From: Verrucomicrobiota bacterium
GTDB taxonomy: Bacteria > Verrucomicrobiota > Verrucomicrobiia > Limisphaerales > CANJXF01
NCBI GenBank assembly: GCA_038214755.1
Contig: JBBQRQ010000079.1
Coordinates: 1-24,239 of the forward strand
Reading direction: 5' to 3'
DNA length: 24,239 nt
Position 1 is the first letter of the stretch. The number at the start of each line of letters is the position of its first letter. Position numbers and translations under genes: made by a program. A model generated the notes under the pieces. That model made no database searches and was not told the DNA's origin. It saw only the letters and a list, made by a program, of their open reading frames with translations. Shown piece by piece: positions 15,870-23,456 of the stretch.

Positions 15870-16422
15870 ATATAAGCAGCGACCCCAAAACGATTTTGTC
15901 ACGGTCGAGGACTATCTCGCGAACGAGGAATTAAGCGATATTCGCCACGAATATCTGGGCGGGCTGGTGTATGCGATGGCGGGAACGACCCGCGACCACA
16001 ATCAAATCAGCCAAAACATCGCGTTCGGTTTGCGAGAAAAATTAAAAGGTGGCCCGTGTAAACTTTATATCAGCGACATTCGCGTAAATTTCAAACTGCG
16101 TGAGGACGAATATTATTATTATCCCGACATCATCGTCACGTGCGATCCGCGCGACACGGATAAGCGTTTTATTCGTTACCCCAAATTGATCGTCGAAGTC
16201 TCGTCCCCAGGCACCGAACGCATCGATCGCCGTGAAAAATTCCTGACCTACACGAACATCGAATCACTTGAGGAATATATTTTAATTCCCCAAACCAATG
16301 CGGAGATCACTGCTTTTCGCCGCGCGAATAATTGGCGGGTGGAGAAATTTTCTGAAGAAAATATTCGCGTGGAGTCTTTGCAAGTCACGATGGATCGGAC
16401 AGTCATTTACGAGGGAATTTGA
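15870..16422 (+). pseudogene. Uma2 family endonuclease, copy 2, with degenerate start
   Basis: Body intact and highly similar to copy 1; the expected start reads ATA TAA GCA GCG ACC C CAA AAC GAT vs ATG CAA ACG GCC CTT CAA AAC GAT in copy 1; could instead be translated from TTG 15835. Confidence 0.65.
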
Positions 16423-16472
16423 ATACGGCGTGCTTCGAGAACGCGTTCTCCGCTGCGATTTCAAAACCGCGC

Positions 16473-16501
16473 TTGTCAGTCTATTGTACGAACGTTAATT
16501 T
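16473..16501 (+). promoter_or_regulatory. putative leaderless sigma70 promoter of the MazF-type TA pair
   Basis: TTGTCA-17-TAATTT-6 nt-ATG. Confidence 0.6.
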
Positions 16502-16507
16502 TCCAAC

Positions 16508-16693
16508 ATGAGTGCGGTTGAAATTCTTGCCGAACTACCCAAGCTGACGGACCACGAGCGGTCTGCCGTCCGCCGTCGCCTGCGCGAACTGGACGAGCGG
16601 GTCGAACTGCAATTCCTCCACGAGTCCGCTGACGCAATGTTCCGGGACATGGACAAACAGGAATCCGAACATGCCCGCCGCAAAACCCGGTGA
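16508..16693 (+). CDS. putative antitoxin (61 aa)
   Basis: Small helical protein (MSAVEILAELPKLTDHER...) overlapping the toxin gene by 23 nt. Confidence 0.75.
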   Translation: MSAVEILAELPKLTDHERSAVRRRLRELDERVELQFLHESADAMFRDMDKQESEHARRKTR

Positions 16694-16988
16694 CATCTGG
16701 ATCGTGGACTTGGGCATGGCGGCGAAAATTCGTCCGTGCCTCATTCTCACCCCCCAGCCGCGCGGTGATGATCTGGAAGTTTTCCCCGTGGTCTCTCACA
16801 CGACGGCCTGCCGCGGCAATCGGTGGGAAGCTCCGAGTCCAAAATCATTTCTCGACGCTGAAGGCGCGTTTGACGTGCAACGGGTCGCCACGGTTGCCAG
16901 CGTGAAATTGGAACGCAAACTCGGTGGACTCACCGACGCAGAAATGGATTTGATTCTCGACCGGCTGGCGGAACGGTTGGGCTTGTGA
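16671..16988 (+). CDS. PemK/MazF family endoribonuclease toxin
   Basis: KPGDIWIVDLG...KIRPCLIL, VVSHTT, LERKLGGLT...LAERLGL. Confidence 0.88.
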   Translation: MPAAKPGDIWIVDLGMAAKIRPCLILTPQPRGDDLEVFPVVSHTTACRGNRWEAPSPKSFLDAEGAFDVQRVATVASVKLERKLGGLTDAEMDLILDRLAERLGL

Positions 16989-16996
16989 TTTCTCCC

Positions 16997-18328
16997 ATGT
17001 CATCTCAACAAGCAGCGACCGCTATCCGCGGTTCGCTTCCGCCCGGCGGCTTGTTCGCCGACCAGGACTGGCGGATTTCTCCCGCGCCCTTTCTGCTCGG
17101 CGAAAATCTGGCCAAAGAATTGGAAACGCTTGGTCGCGTTCTTTTGCAATTCAATCGCGCCGTCAATTTGCTCTACCGCAAAAGTGTCGAGGGGAAACAG
17201 CCGGAATGGATTGCTCGCTGGCTTGATCAAGGCAAGCCGCGCGAACTCATCGAGCTTCAACGCCAGCCCGCGTTCAAAAATGAAATCCCTCGCGTGATTC
17301 GTCCCGATATTTTGCTGACAGAGAATGGATTTAGCATCACCGAACTCGACAGCGTTCCCGGTGGAATCGGGCTGACAGCGTGGTTGAATCAAACGTACGG
17401 GGAACTTGGAACGCGGAACTCGGAACACGGAAATGAAAATTTAATCGGCGGCGTGGATGGGATGTTGCGCGGATTCGAAAGTATTTTCGGCGACGCGAAA
17501 CAAGTTCATGTCATCGTTTCCGCAGAAGCCGCGACCTATCGGCCGGAAATGGAATGGCTCGCCAGACAGATCAACAGTTCAAAGTTCAAAGTTCAAAGTT
17601 CAAAGTTTTCCGAGTTTAAAATGGGCGAGGCGGTTTATCGTTTTTTTGAATTATTCGATTTAGCGAATGTTTCCAACGCCCAACAAATTTTTGACTTGGC
17701 CCTCGACAAGAAAATTCGTCTCACGCCTCCGCCCAAGCCAATCTTCGAGGAGAAACTCTTGTTCGCACTGCTTTGGAATCGCAACCTGCGCGATTTTTGG
17801 CGGCAGGAACTGGGCGAAAGTTTTTTGGTCCGACTGCAAAAAATTATCCCCTATACGTGGATTGTCGATCCCACGCCGCTTCCACCGCACGCCGCAATTC
17901 CCGAACTCAATCTGACCGATTGGCAGCAACTCAAAACGCTTTCTCAACGCGACCGCGATTTGATTTTGAAAATCTCCGGCTATTCCGAAAAGGCCTGGGG
18001 CGCGCGCGGCGTTTATCTCGGCAGCGATTTATCTCAGGCGGATTGGAGCGCCGCGGTCGATCTCGCGCTCAAGTCTTTTGATCGCTCGCCGTTTGTTTTG
18101 CAGCGTTATCAAAAACCAAAAATCGTTGGGGCGCACTGGTTTGATTTTGAAAAAAACGAACTCGTTCCAATGCAAGGCCGCGTCCGTCTTTGTCCGTACT
18201 ATTTTGTCGGCGGGGAAAATGATTCCGCTCGGGCAAATCTTGGCGGAGTCCTCGCCACGATTTGTCCGGCGGATAAAAAAATTATCCACGGAATGCGCGA
18301 CGCGATTTTAGCGCCGTGTTCAATTTAA
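16997..18328 (+). CDS. circularly permuted ATP-grasp-like ligase (Gsp synthetase/CP_ATPgrasp superfamily), function unknown
   Basis: RPDILL...ITELDSVPGGIG, EEKLLFALLW, IIPYTW, LILKISG...WGARGVYLG and FVLQRY in the order expected for this fold; ATG 16997 or GTG 16985. Confidence 0.7.
   Translation: MSSQQAATAIRGSLPPGGLFADQDWRISPAPFLLGENLAKELETLGRVLLQFNRAVNLLYRKSVEGKQPEWIARWLDQGKPRELIELQRQPAFKNEIPRVIRPDILLTENGFSITELDSVPGGIGLTAWLNQTYGELGTRNSEHGNENLIGGVDGMLRGFESIFGDAKQVHVIVSAEAATYRPEMEWLARQINSSKFKVQSSKFSEFKMGEAVYRFFELFDLANVSNAQQIFDLALDKKIRLTPPPKPIFEEKLLFALLWNRNLRDFWRQELGESFLVRLQKIIPYTWIVDPTPLPPHAAIPELNLTDWQQLKTLSQRDRDLILKISGYSEKAWGARGVYLGSDLSQADWSAAVDLALKSFDRSPFVLQRYQKPKIVGAHWFDFEKNELVPMQGRVRLCPYYFVGGENDSARANLGGVLATICPADKKIIHGMRDAILAPCSI
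17401..17434 (+). repeat. in-frame heptamer array (ggaacNN), about 5 units
   Basis: ggaactt ggaacgc ggaactc ggaacac ggaaat; encodes ELGTRNSEHGN. Confidence 0.75.
17576..17607 (+). repeat. in-frame perfect heptamer array (agttcaa) x4.6
   Basis: agttcaa x4 + agtt; encodes SSKFKVQSSKF. Confidence 0.9.
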
Positions 18329-18348
18329 TATTGCGTAGGGAACAGGTT

Positions 18349-18411
18349 GTAGCGGCGCGTCTGTGACCGCCGCATTTCAAAGTTAGAAAAAATGGCGGCG
18401 GTCGCTTTTTT
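18349..18411 (+). terminator. truncated GTAG-headed REP-like hairpin / possible intrinsic terminator
   Basis: gtagcggcgcgtctgtgaccgccgc; gaccgccgc (18365-18373) pairs with gcggcggtc (18395-18403), followed by a T run; lies between convergent genes. Confidence 0.5.
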
Positions 18412-18430
18412 GGGCTTGGCTGGAAGTCAT

Positions 18431-18487
18431 TTTCGCTATTTCGGATTTCGGTCTTCTTTCGGATTTCGGGGATTCGGATTCCGGATT
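18431..18487 (-). repeat. ccgaaat-type heptamer array, dispersed copy of the 5895-5946 arm
   Basis: Reverse complement aaatccggaatccgaatccccgaaatccgaaagaagaccgaaatccgaaa shares aatccgaatccccgaaatccgaaagaa exactly with 5905-5931. Confidence 0.85.
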
Positions 18488-19212
18488 TAACGGCGGCCAT
18501 CGTACCACGGGCCGCACGCGTCGCGATTCTTCATCGTCGCGTTCGGACGGAAAAAAGATTTCAGAAAAAAGCGTCCCAACTCGCCTCGCCGATAAAGATG
18601 AATTTTCCGGCCAGAAGTCAGCAGCGGATATTTCGACACAATCACAATTTGTTTTTTCTGACGTCGCGCAAAACGTTTTAATCTTTTGCTCAAATCCAAT
18701 TCTTCGCCCGTAAAAAATTCGCTGCTGAATCCGCCAATCGCTTTGAACGCGGCGGCTTCACAAAAAATAAATGAACCCGCCACCCAATGAAGAGTTCGAC
18801 TGATCCCGTTCCACAAATGGGTGAGCGAACGCGCCGGAACATCCGCTGAATCCAAACGAATCGTGCTGCCGCCCGCGATGGCTTTTCCCGATTCGATTAC
18901 TTTTGCGACTTCGTTAAAAAGTTCCTCGCTCGGGGAGGAATCTGCGTCGATGAACACAAACCAGTCGCCCGTCGCTGCCGCCGCCCCGCAATTTCGCGCG
19001 CGCCCAATTTGATTGATCGGCTCGAAGACAACTTTCGCTGCCGCGCTCCTCGCCATTTCCGCGGTCTGGTCGGACGAATTATTATCGCAGACAATTATTT
19101 CTGTTGCCCAATCTCTCCGATGAAAAGCGGGCAGGGCGGCCTGGATGCTTTGCAAAGTTTTCCCAATCAACTTTTCCTCGTTGAACGCCGGAATGATGAT
19201 CGAAATTTTCAT
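18487..19212 (-). CDS. glycosyltransferase family 2
   Basis: ISIIIPAFNEE, IIVCDNNSSDQT, ARNCG, FIDADS (DxD), IGGF...EELDL, TSGRK. Confidence 0.92.
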   Translation of the reverse strand: MKISIIIPAFNEEKLIGKTLQSIQAALPAFHRRDWATEIIVCDNNSSDQTAEMARSAAAKVVFEPINQIGRARNCGAAAATGDWFVFIDADSSPSEELFNEVAKVIESGKAIAGGSTIRLDSADVPARSLTHLWNGISRTLHWVAGSFIFCEAAAFKAIGGFSSEFFTGEELDLSKRLKRFARRQKKQIVIVSKYPLLTSGRKIHLYRRGELGRFFLKSFFRPNATMKNRDACGPWYDGRR

Positions 19213-19322
19213 TGGCCGGTCAACCTAGTTCAACGAAGTTTCTTTGCACAGTTTTCCCTCGCTGTCTGTCACACTCAATGGCGGCATCGCGAAAATGCCT
19301 TAAACTATTTGCGCCCTGAGAG

Positions 19323-19456
19323 CCGTAGCGCAGCTTTGTAAGCTGTTGTACCGCCGGTTTGCAACCGGCAAGCGTCGCGATGTTCGGCGGGTTGCAAACC
19401 CGCGATACGGCAGGTTAAAAACCTGCGCTACGGTTCTCAATGCAAAATCCGGGTTT
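19323..19456. repeat. GTAG-headed four-hairpin REP-like element, copy 2
   Basis: ccgtagcgcag...ctgcgctacgg terminal IR; inverted near-copy of 4557-4692, including the non-palindromic tail. Confidence 0.9.
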
Positions 19457-19466
19457 AAAAAAAATT

Positions 19467-21542
19467 ATGACAAATTCATCATCACCAGCAGTTCGCGGAA
19501 AAGGACGGAGGATTGGAAAAACCGTTCTGTTCCTTTTCATTGGATTTTTAGTGCTCGTCACCATTGGATTTTTTGTCGCGACCAGTTCCGCATTTTTTAA
19601 AGGAGTCATTTTGCCCGCGACCGGTCGCGCCATGAACTCTGACATTCGTGTCGCCGATGCATCCGTCCATGCATTTTCGGGAATCGTTTTGACGAAACTT
19701 GAGATTCAGCCGCACGGAAAAGAAATGTTGCTCAAGGCGAACGAAGCGCGCGTGCGTTATAACTTGCGCGACATTCTGGGAGGAAAAATCACGGTGGACG
19801 AAGTGGCGATCGTTTCTCCGATGGTGACGATTGTGCAAGCGGCCGACGGCTCCAGCAATTTGGACCCGATCAAAAACAGCAGCGGAAAAAAATCGGGCAA
19901 CGATAATTCCAAATCGAAGTCGCGGTCGTCACCCAATCTCAACATCAAAAACATTTCTCTGAAAAATGCGCTCCTGCGACAAACCAAAAAACTGCCGGAT
20001 GGCGGTCAGGAAACAACCGAGTTGGCCAACGTAAACGTGTCGCTCGACCAGTTAAAAAATGGCGAGCCAGGAAAACTAACATTGTTCGCCGAGATGCGAG
20101 TGGATCGTGCTCCAGCCATCAGCGTAAAAAATTCCCCGCCGTCGTCCTTCACTGCGATATTGGCTGGGGAATTCAAATACAAGCTCACGGCCAGGGCGCT
20201 GCCCGAGTCCGCACAAGGTAATCTAAGTCTCAATGTGTTTAAGCCGGCGTTGAAAGCGCAGTTGCAATTTGACGGCTCAATGCAGAAAGAAGTTTTCACT
20301 TTCAGACAACTTCAGGTGACCCTTTCGCCGACCGCCCGGGCGAAGAATCAATTGAACGTCACCGGCCAGATTGATCTTTCCGACCCGAACGCGATGAAAG
20401 GAAATCTGGCGCTGCAATCCGATTCATTTGACGTCACGCCTTTTTACGATCTTTACCATGGAGCGCCCGAAAAAATCGCCGCAGGAAAAAATCAGCCAGT
20501 GGCCACTGCGCCGACGTCCCACAAAATCGACGGAGAACCGGAGGCGATGCATCTGCCCATCGGGAAACTTTTGGCGGAGATAAATATCGGGCAATTTTAT
20601 TTGCGCGACATCGAAATCAAAGACTGGCGCGGCTCGGCGAAATTTGAGGGCAGCCGTGTTTCGCTTTCGCCCTTTCAACTTTCTCTCAACGGCGCGCCAG
20701 TGATCCTTCAGAGCGATCTAAATCTCGGGGTCAAAGGATACGCTTACAATTTCGTCGCCTCGCTCAATGGTGTTGCGCTTGGACCGCTGGCCGATTTTTT
20801 CATGCCGGAAAAAAAGGGGGCTTATCAGGGAACGATCATTGCCGACGCCAACTTGAAAGGCGCGGGAACGACGGGGATCAATCTGAAAAAAAGTTTGGGG
20901 GGCACGCTCAATTTCACTTTTACCAATGCGAACATTCAAATCGTTGATCCAAAATATAAAAATATTCTCACTCCCATCGCGCTTCTCCTCCAGATTCCAG
21001 AAATATCCGAGTCGCCCATCAATGTTGTGGAAGCGCACGTCAATATTGCCGATGGAATTATCAACCTGACGAATTTCGTGGCGGTCAGCCAATCGTATCG
21101 CGGCAGCGTGCGGGGGACAGTTCCCATCGCAGACGTGCTGACCAATTCGCCGCTCAATAAAATTCCTGTGGATTTCGAACTTAGAAAATCGCTGGCGACC
21201 AAAGCGCCGCGCGAGTTGGGTTTAGCCAGCGGCGGCACTTCCGAGGACGGCCAATACGTCAAACTTCCATCACTGATCAGATTGGCTGGCACTCTTGGTA
21301 ATCCGCATTCCGAATTTGATAAAAAAGGTCTGGGCGCTCTGGCCATTCAAGCTGGCGCGGGCATCATTGGCGGAGACGTGGGGAAAGCTTTGCAAGGAGT
21401 CCGCGGGGCGTTGCGGGGTCCAAACACTTCAACCGACGGAAATACAAATTCGACAACCAACCTCAACAGTGCGCCCGCAACTAACCAGCCCACGAAGATT
21501 GACAACGTTCTGGACTTGTTCAAAAAGAAGAAGAAAAAATAA
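19467..21542 (+). CDS. AsmA-like family protein
   Basis: N-terminal TM helix, FFKGVILPATGRAMNSDIRV, DGSSNLDPI, long beta-rich body, C-terminal LAGTLGNP; ATG 19467 preferred because 19440 lies in the repeat tail. Confidence 0.75.
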   Translation: MTNSSSPAVRGKGRRIGKTVLFLFIGFLVLVTIGFFVATSSAFFKGVILPATGRAMNSDIRVADASVHAFSGIVLTKLEIQPHGKEMLLKANEARVRYNLRDILGGKITVDEVAIVSPMVTIVQAADGSSNLDPIKNSSGKKSGNDNSKSKSRSSPNLNIKNISLKNALLRQTKKLPDGGQETTELANVNVSLDQLKNGEPGKLTLFAEMRVDRAPAISVKNSPPSSFTAILAGEFKYKLTARALPESAQGNLSLNVFKPALKAQLQFDGSMQKEVFTFRQLQVTLSPTARAKNQLNVTGQIDLSDPNAMKGNLALQSDSFDVTPFYDLYHGAPEKIAAGKNQPVATAPTSHKIDGEPEAMHLPIGKLLAEINIGQFYLRDIEIKDWRGSAKFEGSRVSLSPFQLSLNGAPVILQSDLNLGVKGYAYNFVASLNGVALGPLADFFMPEKKGAYQGTIIADANLKGAGTTGINLKKSLGGTLNFTFTNANIQIVDPKYKNILTPIALLLQIPEISESPINVVEAHVNIADGIINLTNFVAVSQSYRGSVRGTVPIADVLTNSPLNKIPVDFELRKSLATKAPRELGLASGGTSEDGQYVKLPSLIRLAGTLGNPHSEFDKKGLGALAIQAGAGIIGGDVGKALQGVRGALRGPNTSTDGNTNSTTNLNSAPATNQPTKIDNVLDLFKKKKKK

Positions 21543-21572
21543 ACCGAAGCAAAACCAAACCCTTTGGGAAAT

Positions 21573-21902
21573 ATGAAATCAAAACCCCTTCTGATTGCGG
21601 GACTGGCGGCCGCGATTTTCGGCGGCTGTGTGGAACGCCGCGTAATCGTGCGCGAGCACGGTGCCGTATCCGAAGAAATTTTTTTCACCGAGAAACCGCC
21701 TGTCCCGCAAATGGAGGTGGCGGGCGAAGCTCCCACCCGGCGACATGTGTGGATCGGCGGCTTTTGGGCGCGCGAAGGATCTCGATGGGTGTGGCGGAAA
21801 GGGCATTGGGAAACGCCGCCGCATCGATTGGCGACTTATGTCCCTGGTCGCTGGGAACAGCAGCGGGGTGGCTGGGCTTATTACAAAGGCCACTGGAAAT
21901 GA
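21573..21902 (+). CDS. WxxGxW (YXWGXW) repeat lipoprotein
   Basis: Lipobox FGGC; VWIGGFW, WRKGHW, YVPGRW and YYKGHW repeats. Confidence 0.85.
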   Translation: MKSKPLLIAGLAAAIFGGCVERRVIVREHGAVSEEIFFTEKPPVPQMEVAGEAPTRRHVWIGGFWAREGSRWVWRKGHWETPPHRLATYVPGRWEQQRGGWAYYKGHWK

Positions 21903-21947
21903 GAACTTTCCTTTTGTTTCAAATTATTTTTCATCTTCGCTAATTCA

Positions 21948-23363
21948 ATGCGCGCCGTCTTTTCGTATCTCCAGGACAATCGCGAGAGATTTATCGAGGA
22001 ACTTTGCGAGTACGTTCGCTTCCCCAGTGTTTCTGCTCAGCCCGAACATCGGAGGGACTTGGCCGCGTGCGCCGAGTGGCTGGTCAATCATTGCCGTCAA
22101 ATCGGATTGGACGCCGCCTTGAATCCTACTGCGGGAAATCCAATTCTCGTGGCAAAAACTCCGCGCAAAAAAAATTCTCGCAAGCCGCACTTTGTCGTTT
22201 ACGGACACTACGATGTGCAACCCGCCGAGCCGTTTGAGCTTTGGAAAACTCCGCCGTTCCAGGCGCGCATCGAGGGAAAATCCTTATTCGGTCGCGGCGC
22301 GAGCGACAACAAGGGACAAAACCTGGCGCACCTCAAAGCCGTCGAAGCTTATTTGAAAACGCAGACCGAATTGCCGTGCGATTTGACTTTTGTAATCGAA
22401 GGCGAGGAGGAAGTCGGCAGCAAAAATCTGGCGGCGTTTTTGCGCAGCCATCGGGGGAAACTGAAATGCCAGGGAGTCGTCGTGTCTGACACGGGAATGC
22501 CTGGTAAAAATTTTCCAGCGCTGACTTATGCTTTGCGTGGAATTATCGCGGTGGAAATTACTTTGCGCGGACCATCGCGCGATTTGCATTCCGGAATTTA
22601 TGGCGGAACAGTGGACAATCCCGCGATGGCACTCTGCCAGTTACTGGCGAAGTTGCGTGACAAAGACGGCAGGATTTCCATCCCCGGTTTTTATAAAGAT
22701 GTTGCGCCACTTTCAGCTTACGAACGAAAACAGCTCGCTCGAATCCCGCTGAGTGTCCCGGCCTATCAAAAATTTTTAGGCGTCCCGAAACTTTTTGGCG
22801 AGCGCGGCTTCACCCCCTTCGAGCAACGTTCGGCGCGTCCGACGATTGAAATAAATGGGTTGACCAGCGGTTATCAGGGAGAGGGCAGCAAGACGATTGT
22901 GCCATCGTGGGCCAAAGCAAAATTAACTTTCCGACTCGTGCCCAATCAAAAGCCGAAACACATTCGCGACGTGGTCGTAAGACATTTGAAAAAAATTTGC
23001 CCGACCACTGTGCGAATGGAAGTGGCGGCGGGCCACGGCGGAGAGCCGTATCTGGTTTCGCCAAAAAGTCCGCAGGCGCAGGCGGGATTGCGCGCGCTGA
23101 AAGCGGCGTTTGGCTGCGAACCGATATTGATGCGCGAAGGCGGTTCGATTCCAATCGTGACCGATTTCAAAAAAATATTGGGCGCCGACACTTTGTTGCT
23201 GGGGCTGGCCTTGCCCGACGACAACGCGCATTCGCCCAACGAAAAATTCGACCTGGATTGTTTCACCAAAGGAATGGAGATGAGCGCGCGCCTGTGGCAG
23301 GAACTGGCCAAAGTAAAACCAGGCGGATGGGAGCGCCAGCCTGTGGCACGGCGCGGAAAATAA
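21948..23363 (+). CDS. M20 family dipeptidase
   Basis: YGHYDVQP, GRGASDNKG, EGEEEVGS, DLHSG, GGSIPIV, AHSPNEKF. Confidence 0.92.
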   Translation: MRAVFSYLQDNRERFIEELCEYVRFPSVSAQPEHRRDLAACAEWLVNHCRQIGLDAALNPTAGNPILVAKTPRKKNSRKPHFVVYGHYDVQPAEPFELWKTPPFQARIEGKSLFGRGASDNKGQNLAHLKAVEAYLKTQTELPCDLTFVIEGEEEVGSKNLAAFLRSHRGKLKCQGVVVSDTGMPGKNFPALTYALRGIIAVEITLRGPSRDLHSGIYGGTVDNPAMALCQLLAKLRDKDGRISIPGFYKDVAPLSAYERKQLARIPLSVPAYQKFLGVPKLFGERGFTPFEQRSARPTIEINGLTSGYQGEGSKTIVPSWAKAKLTFRLVPNQKPKHIRDVVVRHLKKICPTTVRMEVAAGHGGEPYLVSPKSPQAQAGLRALKAAFGCEPILMREGGSIPIVTDFKKILGADTLLLGLALPDDNAHSPNEKFDLDCFTKGMEMSARLWQELAKVKPGGWERQPVARRGK

Positions 23364-23395
23364 AGAGCTCCCGCCGTGCCGGAGGCCGGCGCTCC
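23330..23395. repeat. REP-like inverted repeat overlapping the dipeptidase 3' end
   Basis: ggagcgccagcctgtggcacggcg (23330-23353) vs cgccgtgccggaggccggcgctcc (23372-23395): 24-bp arms, 3 mismatches. Confidence 0.8.
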
Positions 23396-23456
23396 TTGGA
23401 GGAAACCACTTTGGATTCCATTGCCTAAACTTTATTGGTCTTGGAATCTTCTCCTC

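Noticed and set aside
15188..16422. Diversity-generating retroelement TR/VR pair
   Set aside because: Differences are mostly synonymous changes at all bases, not adenine-specific; no reverse transcriptase in the window
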